A stretch of DNA of 64,000 bases, taken from the NCBI RefSeq assembly GCF_035594765.1, contig NC_085844.1, forward strand, positions 54,699,923 to 54,763,922, in the 5' to 3' direction. Position numbers and translations under genes: made by a program. Of the stretch, positions 51,471-63,604 are shown piece after piece. The notes under the pieces were generated by a model that saw only the letters and a list, made by a program, of their open reading frames with translations, was not told the origin of the DNA and ran no database searches. The number at the start of each line of letters is the position of its first letter. The stretch's first letter is position 1. This stretch comes from Anolis carolinensis (lineage: Eukaryota).

Positions 51471-52553
51471 ACCCTTATTGAAAAGTATTAAAATTAATGT
51501 TGGCTGGGTCATCAAAGCTCAGATACAGCATGGAATTGTGGATGGGTTGTCTTTCAGGAAAAGTCTTGAAACAGAAGCAAGGCAGCCATATGTTGGATGG
51601 TTTTGCTCTAAAAGTTCTGCATCAAGTCAGGTGGGATTTGAATAGAGATTCCCTACAAATATTTACTTTGTAGTTGCTAAGCAGAAAAGAAAGCAAAAGA
51701 GGAGATCTGGTAGAGAAATTGTTTCTCAGGCCATCAGTCTGTCAATGGAAGACAAGTGATAGCATGATCAAACACAGTTCCCTGATCTATTTTATCAGCT
51801 TGTTAATGGTTTAAGTTCAGAAATCAAGAAAGTATAATTGTTCACTGTCTCTAAAGACAGAAGGGATCTCTAAAACCTCATAGCATTGTTAACTGTTTTC
51901 CTGGTTTTTGCCTTGATTTTTTCCTAAATGCTTCTCATAATCTTCTGATTCTGCAAATCTTTCAAAAGAAAGATCTTTACACGTGTGTATACATCTGCCT
52001 GAGGTTTTCACTAGATATGCAAGCTTAATCAAGGCCTGCCATACAACTCACTCCAGAAGAAAGAAACAAAATGAAAAGAAAAAAACCAGTAATCTTTAAA
52101 GAAGTAGCTTAGTTTGCATTAAATGACACAACATTGATATAGACTTAAGACATAAACATGAAGAGACCTAATATAGCAGTTATATAATCTGCAATTACTA
52201 GTTGAGCAAGAAAATTTGTCCAAATTTGTATGTATTTAAAAGTTAATAACTAATACACTGAAGAATCTCAAAGCAGCTATTGTTAGTCAGTTATCTGAAA
52301 TGAATGGCTTCTGATTAAATGGAATTTGCAGAATTACATGGTATTTAACCTTCTGGTCAGAATAGACCACCCAGTGCGCATAATGTTTATCTTTCTATAA
52401 TTGGTTTTAAGCAGAAAAGAAGAGGATTTAAAGAGGGAATTGGAGAATCTTCTGGGTGGAATACCATAAATTATAATGTAGGGAAAGAATATGCCAACAA
52501 AAATGAGACTGAAGTGTAAGAATTCATTTTAGCATTTCAAACTTCATTTAGAA

Positions 52554-52688
52554 CAGTGATTCTCAACCTGGAGTCCCCAGATGTTTTTGGCCTTCAACTC
52601 CCAGAAATCCCAACAGCTGGTAAACTGTCTGGGATTTCTGGGAGTTGTAGGCCAAAACACCTGGGGACCCACAGGTTGAGAACCACAG
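52554..52688. mobile_element. hAT fold-back MITE
   Basis: TIRs cagtgattctcaacctg / caggttgagaaccacag; TSD atttagaa. Confidence 0.9.
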
Positions 52689-52748
52689 ATTTAGAATTAT
52701 TCAGGACTATATGATCCGTTTTCTTTAGGTGTATATTAGGTGCTCTTT

Positions 52749-53084
52749 GGAGCCCCCAGTGGCACAGTGGATTAAACTGCTGAGCTGCTGAACCTGCTGT
52801 CTGAAAGGTCGCGGTTCAAATCCAGGGAGTGGGGTGAGCTTCCGCTGTTAGCCCCAGCTTCTGCCAACCTAGCAGTTCAAAAACTTGCAAGTAGATGCAA
52901 GTAGATCAGCTTGTGAGTAGATCAATAGGTACCACTCTGGTGGTAACGGCACTCCATGCAGTCATGCCGGCCACATGATCTCGGAAGTCTCTACAGACAA
53001 CGCCAGCACTTTGGCTTAGAAATTGAGGTGAGCAGAGTCGGACACGACTAGACTTAATGTCAGGGGAAAACCTTTAGCTTTATC
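52749..53084 (+). mobile_element. Full-length Sauria SINE
   Basis: A/B-box-like head; imperfect TSD ttaggtg(c/t)tctt at 52736-52747 and 53085-53096. Confidence 0.92.
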
Positions 53085-53677
53085 TTAGGTGTTCTTCAGT
53101 TCACATACAATGATTCACTTACAGTTTGGAAGTAGAAATAACAATAACAGCTTGAAGACAGAACTAATTTACATTAAGAGCCTTGGGCAAATGAGCAAGA
53201 CGTCTTATGCAAAAACATATCAGACTTGGTGCAGGACAAACACATCTAAGGAGAGCATTCTAAAACACAGTGCCCCTCTTTAGGACCATCATCGCAAATG
53301 CCAGAAAATATAAAGGTCTGATGCATGGGGGTATTGAGATAATGATACAAAAGGTTTGCTAGGGTAGATCCTCTCTCACTCAGACTCAGCCACCCCCCCC
53401 CCCCCCCCATCTGTAGTAAAAGGCGAACAGGGAACTTTAAAACCAGATCTGGCCCATACTATGTGTGAGAGGCACAAAGCTTAGTACTAGAACATATACT
53501 TTGCAAGCTGAAGATTCCCAGGTAACTGGCATCTCCAGTTTGAAGAGGAAAAGGAAATGAATGATGTGAAAGACATCGGTGCAAGACCCAGAAAGCTGCT
53601 TTCATTCAACATCAATATTACCAAGCTAGATGGATAGTCTGATCTTAGGGTCGAGCAACTTATGTTCTGTGTGGAAA

Positions 53678-53868
53678 GGAGCATAGCTCAATGATATAAT
53701 AAAGCTTTACATGGAAGAGACCCAAGATTTATTTTCTGGAATTTCATGGGAGAATTGGGAAATACACACTTCTTGATACTCTCAATCTACTGCCAATTAA
53801 TGTCAATATTTCTAGGCTAGATAAATCAGTGGTTTGGCTGGTTATAAGTATTCTCCTGTATCCCTAAT
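53678..53868 (+). mobile_element. Old tRNA-head SINE with a CR1-type tail (Squam2-like)
   Basis: ggagcatagctcaatg head; ctaggctagataaatcagtggtttggctggttataag tail. Confidence 0.45.
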
Positions 53869-54329
53869 AATTCTATCATTTGAGCAAACGATGAGACGTT
53901 AACCTAAGATTGAAAATGAATATCTCTGCACACTCACATTGGTCTTTAGTCCATCTGTTACTTGTAGATGGTTAACTGGCTCAACAGGATAAACAATCAT
54001 CAATCACTCCTCGTTGTCAATAACTCCCAGTGCCATAACAGTCTCATCAACTACCTTGATACAATAGGTCCCTTCTGCTTTTGCAATGTAGTGCTGGTAA
54101 TAAAGTGATCTCGGAAGATTCTTCTCCCTTCCTCATTATTTCCAAATTAGTCATTTTCTTTTTCTTTTATATATTATGATGATTATATTTGATTTTTTTT
54201 TGTTGTTTTTAAATTCTGGAATAGCACAGTTGCAGTAAAAATTGGAACAGTAGTAATGTGGGAAGGTGGGGTTATAAGGGAGTACAGAAGTATGATTGCA
54301 GGACCATGAAATGGCTAATTGATTTGCTT

Positions 54330-55840
54330 TATTTATTTCGTGTCAAAAGCATTGCATAAATAAATAAGTATACAACTGATGAAATAGAGGGAGCACAAGC
54401 AGATAAATAATTTTAGACCAAAAATGGGCAACAGCGACCGCATTGCCTGTAGCTTTGAACAGTTCTTCCTCTCTGCATGAGGCATGGCATTGTGGGCAAG
54501 CATACAGATGATGAGTTGTTTGTTCTGCTCCACAATCACACAAGGTGGAAGCTTCTTCTAGGTAGTGCCTTTTTGCCAGGCTGTCTTTTGATCTGCCAAC
54601 TCCGCTTCTGAGTCTGTTCAGGGACTTCCAACTTACCCATTCTTGGTTTGCCCCTGGAGAAAGACCCTCGTGGGGGGCCATCCAGCTGGAATTGCCTGAT
54701 TTTGTACCCACACAGATATTCTTGCTGTTGCTGGAGGAACACTTGGAGGAGTGGTGGTTCTCATGAAAATTTTCCCTAATTTAAGTCTGCTGGGAGGAGG
54801 CTGATAGCCAGGGCCGGCCGGAGATATTTTTTGATGTAAAGCGGGGGTGCTGAAAAGCGCCCCCGCCACCGGCGCCCTGGCCCCGCCCAGCGTGCCCTGG
54901 CCCCGCCTCCCACGCTGCGTGGGAGGCGGGGCCAGGGCGAATAGTGAGGGGGCGGGGCCAGAGTTGGCCCCGCCCCCCGTGCCCTGGCCCCGCCTCCCAC
55001 GCAGCGTGGGAGGCGGGGCCAGGGCACGCTGGGCGGGGGGGCGGGGCCAGAGTTGGCCCCGCCTCCCACGCTACCCCCGCTCGCCCGTCTGGCCTTTTGT
55101 AGCAGGCCAGACTCAGCGGAGGTTTCTCCAGGCCGCGATTGCGGCCTGGAGGAACCTCCGCTGAGTCTGGCCTGCTACAAAAGGCCAGACGGGCGAGCGG
55201 GGGTAACGTGGGAGGCGGGGCCAGCTCTGACGCCGCTCCCCCCCCCCGCCCAGCGTGCCTTGGCCCTGCCTCCCACGCAACGTGGGAGGCGGGGCCAGGG
55301 CACGCTGGGCGGGGGGGGCGGCGTCAGAGCTGGCCCCGCCTCCCACGTTACCCCCGCTCGCCCGTCTGGCCTTGTGTAGCAGGCCAGACTCAGCGGAGGT
55401 TCCTCCAGGCCGCAATCGCGGCCTGGAGAAACCTCCGCTGAGTCTGGCCTGCTACAAAAGGCCAGACGGGCGAGCGGGAGTAGCGTGGGAGGCGGGGCCA
55501 GCTCTGACGCCGCTCCCCCCCCCCCCGCCCAGCGTGCCTTGGCCCCGCCTCCCACGCTGCGTGGGAGGCAGGGCCAAGGCACGCTGGGCGGGGGGGGGGG
55601 AGCGGCGTCAGAGCTGGCCCCGCCTCCCACGCTACTCCCGCTCGCCCGTCTGGCCTTTTCTAGCAGGCCAGACGGGCCAGGGCGCACTGGGCGGGAGGCG
55701 GGGCACCGTCAGGGCGGTGCCCCGCCTCCCGCCCAGCCTGACGGCGCCCCCCCGGGCCTGCGCCCGAGGCGGCGGCGTCAGCTGCCGCATTAGTGGGGCC
55801 GGCCCTGCTGATAGCCATACAGCTGGTGGCTTTCATGGTA
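54330..55840 (-). mobile_element. Vingi 3' fragment interrupted by a hAT element
   Basis: Minus-strand WKSLNRLRSGVGRSKDSL...CDCGAEQTTHHLYAC; same family as 45660-46184; resumes at 55816. Confidence 0.88.
54809..55807. mobile_element. Non-autonomous hAT element (999 bp) with a GC-rich nested palindromic interior
   Basis: Perfect 11-bp TIR cagggccggcc / ggccggccctg; 8-bp TSD ctgatagc at 54801-54808 and 55808-55815. Confidence 0.93.
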
Positions 55841-57519
55841 TTCAACCTTATTTCTCTCACAATTGGCAGCAACTTCCCATCGCATATTGGGGGGGGGGCA
55901 ATGCCCAATAGCTTATAAAGTCTATCAGATAATTGGTGTGTCTGTGCGATTGAATAGAGGTGTGATATTGAAGATGTTCAACCCTTATATACAAACTATC
56001 AATTGAAACACAACTATAGTGTAATAGTAGATTCGTATGATAAAGTCCTTAGTGTGCCTGCACAGATAATGACCTCTTCCTGAAATTCAGCTTAATAGTG
56101 AAGTTAGAAAGACATGTCATCAATAATAAGTGTATGTTTCTTTCCCCTCAAAGTTTATTATTTGTTATTTCCTGCATGAAGTATTGGATACATGGTGGTT
56201 GTGATTTCATAGCCTGTGGAGAGCATTCTTAGATTTGCCAAAGTTTGGGAATGTTGTTTATACCTATATTTGGATATTACTCTACAATCCAATGTTGTGG
56301 CCCATTTATCTAGCACAGCATCTTTAAATCCAACAGATTTGTAAATTGTATGCATTTTCCACCTTACTTGGTTCCAATTTTTCCTACTTCATTCACTTTT
56401 GGTCAAGGTAGGGAAGTCACTCTCAATGGAGGGTAATAATAGATCTCCTCTTAACATACCTGCCAAGAAAACCTTTGATAAATTATTCTTAGGGTAGCAG
56501 GGAGTCGGAAATGACTTGAAGGTGCACAAGAACCAAATTGAGCATTTGCAGTGAAAAGATATTACTGTAATATTATTTTCTTGTATTTATTTCAGAGTAT
56601 ACCTAACTCAGGGGAAACTAACAGCTGTTTCTAAGGCTCAGATGAGGATAATCTTTAGCCAACAAATTAGTCCTGCTAAGTATATTTTTGGTTTAACTGA
56701 AATCTTTTCAGTAAGGTTTATATATGTAGCAAACAGTCATGTATTTATTAATCAGCTGCCTCTCTGTCTAGGATACACATCTTGAACAAATTTTAGAGGC
56801 CACTGTTGCCTATCATTCATCAAATTATACATTTACTGTAATTCCTTATTTAATCTGTACTGATTGATTATCCAGTGAAGGAATATGCTTTTCCAATAAA
56901 TCACTCTAGTATGATAATCTGTCATATTAAACTGGATTATGCATAATACAAATCTTATTTTGTTTAATAAAGTTTGCAATAATTTTTATACTACACAAGT
57001 GAAATGTTTCCAAAAATTCTGAAAGTGTCTTGTGAAGGGAAGGAGTAAAGAAATTGGCTAAGATTATCCAGCCTTTTCCAAAGAGGAGAATTCCCACTAC
57101 AAATCATTGAAACTACCTGATGAATTTCATTAATCTCTGTGTTATCAAAACTGGACAAACTGTGACTAGTCTGATTCTTAGTAATAGCTAATAGAAACAG
57201 GCAGTCTTTTAACCCCTAATTTACGAAGCTAAGCACTGCGAATTAATCACTGTTAAGATTAACTGCTGTCTATGATTCAGATGGCACAGTAAACTGGGGT
57301 TAATCTCCAATGAAAGGAAGTGCTTTTGGTCTACTTGTGGCCGTCGTAGAGAAAAGAGACCATCGCCTCAGGAGGCCATGATCCGGAGCAGCATTTCTTT
57401 GCAAGTTGAAGTGTGAGATATGGTCTTTATTGGAGGTTGCCATATTAATTTTCTTAAGTAGTTACATGTTGGAACTTTGAACACTATTGGAGTCTAAGAT
57501 GTTATTTTTCATAGTAATA

Positions 57520-59580
57520 TGAGCAAAAAAGATATTGAAGGTACAATTTCAAATAGTTCCAGCAGGGCAGAAAAATGGGAGATGCCTTTAGAAAAGAATG
57601 CATAACTAAAGAACTTACAAGTGAGCTAAATTCTAAAAAAAGACATGCACAAGAAATAGAAAAGGGGAAAGTCATCAAAGAGGAATTAAAATAATAGAAG
57701 AGATAAAAATATTAACAAGAGACAAGAGAAAGGGGAGAACTACTCAACACACTATCTTTGCTTCATCTTCTCCCCAAAAAAGAAAACAGTGCTCAAACTG
57801 GGAAAAACAAAGCAGACAATGCAGCCAGGAAAATGGAGCACATAATAGGTAAAGAGGTAGAACAGCACTATCTGTCTACTCTAAATGAATTCAAATCTCC
57901 AGGGCCAATTGACCTACACTCAAGTATATTAAGAGAACTGGCAGAAGTAATCTCAGAACCACTGACAATATTTTCAGGGAATTCCAGGATAACAAGAAAA
58001 GACTTAGCAGATTGGAGGAGGACAAATGGTACCCCATCTTCAAAAGTAAACAAAAAAGGGGGCAAACAATTACTGCTCAATTACTAGTAAGATTCTAGAG
58101 CAGATCACTAAACAGACAATCTGTAAGCACTTAGAAAGAAATGCCATGCTCGCTAAAAGATTTCTCCAAAACACAGGTTTCTCAAAAACAAATCACAGCA
58201 GACTAATCGTCAGACTAATCACTTTTTTGTTTTGATAGAGTTGTAGCACACCTTGATTTCAGTAAGGCCTTCAACAAGGTCTTACAAGCAAACTAGTAAA
58301 ATGTGGCTCAATTATGCTACTGTTAGGTGGATCTTTAAGTGGTTAACTGACCAAACCCAAATTCATTGCATATCAAATTTGCAGATGATATGAATTTGGG
58401 AGTAATAGCTAATACCCCAGAGGATAGGATTAGAATTCAAAATAACCTAAGCAGATGGGACCCAACTAACAAGATGAATTTCAACCGAGAAAAATGTCCT
58501 TTCCTTAGGCAATCCCTCGTAGTTCGAGGATGATGGTCCTCCATTTCTTGGAAGACTCCTATGCGTGATTTTTTTTTAATGTGTGGAGGTCGGTGCACGG
58601 CCAGTCAACACACCGTCTTCACAGATTGAGGTCCCAGCAGTGGTGTGATTAACTCAACGAGAGTCGCTTCTCAGTCTTTTGCAGCCTTCTTCTGCCTTCA
58701 CAGCTGTTGTAACATGTACCATGTTATCTTCCGCCTGCTCCACCGTTGAGGTCTTTGGGTTTTCGGATTGTTCTTGGTCTGGATCCTCCCCTGTGGCCAC
58801 TCCTGGGAGTGTGTGACTCCTGTGGTTGTGCCCACAGGTTCATTGGAACACGCAAGCCCCCTCACCACGTCAAGGTGACAATCCATCGAGGGGGCGAGAA
58901 AAATGTAAAGTACTACAAATGTGCAGAAATAATGAAATGTGCTGATAGGATGGATGACACATGGTCTGACAACACAACATATGAAAGGGATTTGGAGTTT
59001 TGGTAGACCACATTCTAAATATCAGTCAACAGTGTGATGCAGCAGCTTAAAAAACTAATGTAATTCTGTGCTGCATCAATAGGAGTATAGAGTTTAAATC
59101 GAGGGAAATAATAGTCCCATTTTTTTCTGCTTTGGTCAGATGTCACCTGAAATAATGTATCAATTTCTGGACACCACAATTCAAGAAGCTGGAACGTGTC
59201 CAGAGGAAGGCTACTGAAGCAGTAAAAGATCTGAAAACTTTGCCCTTTGGGGTGTAGCTTATAGAACTAGGCATGTTTAGTCTGGAGAAGGTTCTGCATG
59301 ACATGATAGTCATATTTAAAAATTGGAAACACTCTGATACTGAATATCTAGCAAGCTTTTTTTTCTGCTGCTGCAGAGACTAGGACATGAAGTATTCAAT
59401 ATAAATTGTGGGAACAGAGACTCCACCTAAACATTAGGAAGAGTTTCCTAATGGTAAGAGTTGTTCAACAGGTGAACATGCTGCCCTGGAGGGTGGTGGC
59501 ATTTCCATCCCTGGAGTTTTCAAAGGGTGTCCAGATAGCCATCTGTCAGGAGTGCTTTAATAGTGATCTCTTCAGATTCT
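57520..59580 (+). mobile_element. Degraded CR1 LINE (about 1.7 kb net)
   Basis: LNEFKSPGPIDLHSSILRELAEVISEPL, LDFSKAF, KFADD, LERVQRKAT remnants. Confidence 0.88.
58498..58894 (-). mobile_element. Bipartite non-autonomous RTE derivative (5' UTR fused to the 3' terminus)
   Basis: Matches 10727-11072 joined to 15985-16031; 12-bp TSD cgagaaaaatgt at 58486-58497 and 58895-58906. Confidence 0.9.
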
Positions 59581-60828
59581 GATGTTTTGAATCCAAGTAA
59601 GGATGCATGTTTAAAAGTTCTGGGTACTTTTTTTCCCTTGAGGGGTGTTTGTATTTCATCTTTTAAAAAGTTATACAGTAGCGTCTCACTTATCCAAGCT
59701 AAACGGGTCGGCAGAAGCTTGGATAAGCGAATATCTTGGATAATAAGGAGAGATTAAGGAAAAGCCTATTAAACATCAAATTAGGTTATGATTTTACAAA
59801 TTAAGCACCAAAACATCATGTTATACAACAAATTTGACAGAAAAAGTAGTTCAATACACAGTAATGTTATGTTGTAATTACTGTATTTATGAATTTAGCA
59901 CCAAAATATCACAATATATTGAAAACATTGACTACAAAAATGTTTTTCCATCCCTGGAGTTTTCAAAGGGTGTCCAGATAGCCATCTGTCAGGAGTGCTT
60001 TAATAGTGATCTCTTCAGATTCTGATGTTTTGAATCCAAGTAAGGATGCATGTTTAAAAGTTCTGGGTACTTTTTTTCCCTTGAGGGGTGTTTGTATTTC
60101 ATCTTTTAAAAAGTTATACAGTAGCGTCTCACTTATCCAAGCTAAACGGGTCGGCAGAAGCTTGGATAAGCGAATATCTTGGATAATAAGGAGAGATTAA
60201 GGAAAAGCCTATTAAACATCAAATTAGGTTATGATTTTACAAATTAAGCACCAAAACATCATGTTATACAACAAATTTGACAGAAAAAGTAGTTCAATAC
60301 ACAGTAATGTTATGTTGTAATTACTGTATTTATGAATTTAGCACCAAAATATCACAATATATTGAAAACATTGACTACAAAAATGTTTTTCCATCCCTGG
60401 AGTTTTCAAAGGGTGTCCAGATAGCCATCTGTCAGGAGTGCTTTAATAGTGATCTCTTCAGATTCTGATGTTTTGAATCCAAGTAAGGATGCATGTTTAA
60501 AAGTTCTGGGTACTTTTTTTCCCTTGAGGGGTGTTTGTATTTCATCTTTTAAAAAGTTATACAGTAGCGTCTCACTTATCCAAGCTAAACGGGTCGGCAG
60601 AAGCTTGGATAAGCGAATATCTTGGATAATAAGGAGAGATTAAGGAAAAGCCTATTAAACATCAAATTAGGTTATGATTTTACAAATTAAGCACCAAAAC
60701 ATCATGTTATACAACAAATTTGACAGAAAAAGTAGTTCAATACACAGTAATGTTATGTTGTAATTACTGTATTTATGAATTTAGCACCAAAATATCACAA
60801 TATATTGAAAACATTGACTACAAAAATG
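59502..60828 (+). repeat. Tandem triplication with a 443-bp period
   Basis: Units start at 59502, 59945 and 60388; identical ORF translations at 59563, 60006 and 60449. Confidence 0.95.
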
Positions 60829-60884
60829 GCTTGGATAATCCAGAGGCTTGGATAAGCGAGGCTTGGATAAGTGAGACTCTACTG
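60562..60884. mobile_element. Tc1/mariner MITE (complete copy; truncated copies start at 59676 and 60119)
   Basis: TIRs cagtagcgtctcacttatccaag / cttggataagtgagactctactg; TA TSD. Confidence 0.92.
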
Positions 60885-62345
60885 TATATTTGTTTGTGTT
60901 GTTAGAACTAATGTTCTGTTTTCTGAAATTGGATGCGTAACATGTCAAAAATTATCGTGGTCATCTAGGGATCATTCTTTCATAATTAGCAGCAAGACAC
61001 ATTTTCATTTTTACTCTGGGCTTTCTTTTTCCCTGGTGTTAATATTTCTGTTATGCAGTTCATAGCTATTTTTGTATCAGCGTTTAAAGTATTGAATCTC
61101 TCTGGCTCTGGAGACCTTGGGGTCGGCTGAACAGCATATTCCTGCAAGTGGAAGATTAAGAAGCATAGCATGGATCTCAGGAAATGTATTCTGTCTCACT
61201 TAATGAGGTTAGAAATGAGATGGACAGGCAGAAGTTTATATAATCATGCTGTCTGAAAAAATCAAAAGATAGGCCAAATTAAAGGATGCCTGCTTCTTGC
61301 TGAATGACATGTTCACTGCTTTGGTTAAAAAAGTGTGGTGATTGTGATGCTGAAACTGCTCTATCATTTTTTCTCTCAAATTAAAATTAATTTGAAACTA
61401 TTGTAGTTTTTGGAGTCATGTTTATTTATGTTTTCAAATAACCATAACGGATTATCATATGTATAGGGATCTCTTGTGATTTCTTTTAAAAATGTTTTGT
61501 GCTTAGAATTGTTTCATCATATCTTCTGTTTTGAAGTTTTGCCAGACACAACTTCAAAATAGAAGAAATGAATGTAAGTGACAAAATCTTCTTTTCCCAG
61601 TATTTGTAGAATGTGTGCAAAGATATAGTCATTTTAATGGGATACAGATTCCATTTATTGGGCACAAAAGCCTCTCTAATCCACTCTAATAGGATGAAAT
61701 CCATTGCAATGACTGAATTCTATGGTTATTTGGTCCTTTAATCAAAGAAAACGAAATGACACAACCTTTTATTTATTTTCAAATGTTTTGCTTTCAATTA
61801 TTTACCATACTATGTGACAGAATGTGAGTCATAATGCCTTTGGTTTCAAGATTTGTTAAGTAATTCCCGTAGGAGTTTACATCCGCTATTCCAATATTAA
61901 ATTCCTGACCTTCAAATGATTATGTGATGAATGAACGGTCTATGTTATTGTGCATCTATGTTAAATGGAATGTTGGATTTAAATACCTTCAATACTCTTA
62001 GAAAAGCAGGCTGAATCTGTAGAGAAAGTTTAAGTTGCATACCTTGTAAGTGGAATACTTTTATAAGGTGCACTTTGGTCATGGCATTCCTTGCAAAACA
62101 GAGCCAGGTTGGGATTTTTGTATCCCATTCAGCTTACAGTTTACAGCTCCCCATTGGCTACAGAACTTTCTGCAAGCTGTCACATCTTCTGGTGTCAGAA
62201 CAGGGTGCCTATGTGACAAGCAAGAAAGAGGAGAAATCAAAACTTCTTTCTGGTTGCATTGCTGCCATGTTGTGTTAACACAGATGTGACCACAACAGCC
62301 AGGTGCAAGCACACAAAGGATGAGATGACAGCTCATTGCGACTGA

Positions 62346-62678
62346 AGGGTCCCTGTTGAGGGGCCTGAGTATAGTTTGAAAAAAAACATGAACAAATTCA
62401 TGTACACACTTCACATATCTTATTTGTAGTGCAAAAAACCCATAAAAATACAATATTTAAAATGAAGAATAATTTTAACCAACATAAACTTACCAGTAAT
62501 TCAGTGGGAAATGTGGACCTGTTTTTGGCTGATGAGATAATCAAATTAATTATATTGTTGTTGTTGCTGTATGACTTCAAGTTGTTTCAGACTTAGGGTG
62601 ATTCTAAGTCTAATGTTTAGGGTGATTGACCTTGGAGGGCTGCATCTGGCCCACAGGCCTGGGTTTATGGACCCCTGA
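62346..62678. mobile_element. hAT-Charlie-like MITE, left end degraded
   Basis: Right end gagggctgcatctggcccacaggcctgggtttatggacccctg. Confidence 0.6.
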
Positions 62679-63272
62679 TCTAAGCAACAGACCCAGGTCC
62701 AACACGTACATGCTGGATCTGGACTGCTCCAGGTTAAATTTTCACCAGACTAACCTGCCCAGGTAGCCTATCCTTTGGTGCCTTTTTTTAGAATTTCACA
62801 TTTCATTAAGAATATCCAAAAGGGGAGAAACATACTGTTATATGTTTTATTCTGTCTTGTTTTCTATTGTGCATTACACAAAGGCGGAATTTCAAATAGA
62901 CATTTTATTCATTAAAAGATTAAACGAGATGGAAGGAACTCTGTGTCTTTGCTGTTGGACAAAGAAGAGCAAATAACTGTTCTTGAAGGTGCCTGGAGTT
63001 CAAAATAAGTGTGCTGTACTTAGCAGAGTACAGCATATTACCCAGATCTGTGTTAAATTGAGCTTGATATTTTGTAACCATTACACTTTAAGTAAAATAT
63101 TTTAGATTCAGAGTAAACCTAGACAGTCTAGTCTAGTATTACAAACTCATCTGTAAATATGGCAAGCCCTGTGTAGTAATCCATGAATGATATAGAGTCA
63201 ATGAGACATTATGAGTTCAGCTCAAGTAGGCAAACTACTGCCTTCCTGGTTTATTGAAGCCCCTGCCACCAA

Positions 63273-63604
63273 AAGCCAGTGTGGTATACTAGTTAGAGCA
63301 GGAATGGGCAAACTTGGGCCCCCAGGTGTTTTGGACTTCAACTCCCACAATTCCTAACAGCTGGTAGGAATTGAAGTCCAAAACACCTGGAAGGCCCAAA
63401 TTTGCCCGTACCTGAGTTAAAGACTATAAATTAACTCCCTATTGAAAAATAAACCTTACTGGGTTACTTTGAGCTAACCACACTCTCTTAGCCTGACGTA
63501 CCTCCCAGGGCTTTTGTGAGGACAAAATGTGGAGGAGGAGATTAGCCATGAATGCTGCCTTGGGCTCATTGCAGAAAAGACAGAATATAAATGAAACCAA
63601 TAAA
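63273..63604 (+). mobile_element. MIR/CORE-like SINE (Squam3-like) interrupted by a MITE
   Basis: agccagtgtggtatactagttagag head; ctctcttagcctgacgtacctcccagggcttttgtgaggacaaaa core. Confidence 0.6.
63299..63414. mobile_element. hAT fold-back MITE
   Basis: TIRs caggaatgggcaaact / atttgcccgtacctg; TSD agttagag / agttaaag. Confidence 0.85.

Noticed and set aside
52749-52830. tRNA gene
   Set aside because: tRNA-derived head of a Sauria SINE; the same applies at 43150, 23430-23507 and 50630-50704
54809-55807. Endogenous AAV/parvovirus ITR or CRISPR-like array
   Set aside because: No rep/cap remnants and no unique spacers; TIR plus 8-bp TSD identify a hAT element. The similarity to ITRs is architectural only
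54776-55911. Many overlapping Pro/Gly/Ala/Arg-rich ORFs up to 218 aa
   Set aside because: By-product of the GC-rich palindromic hAT interior; the same peptides appear on both strands
59563-60905. Repeated 63-64-aa ORFs as a tandem gene cluster
   Set aside because: Chance frames over CR1 and MITE sequence in the triplicated unit
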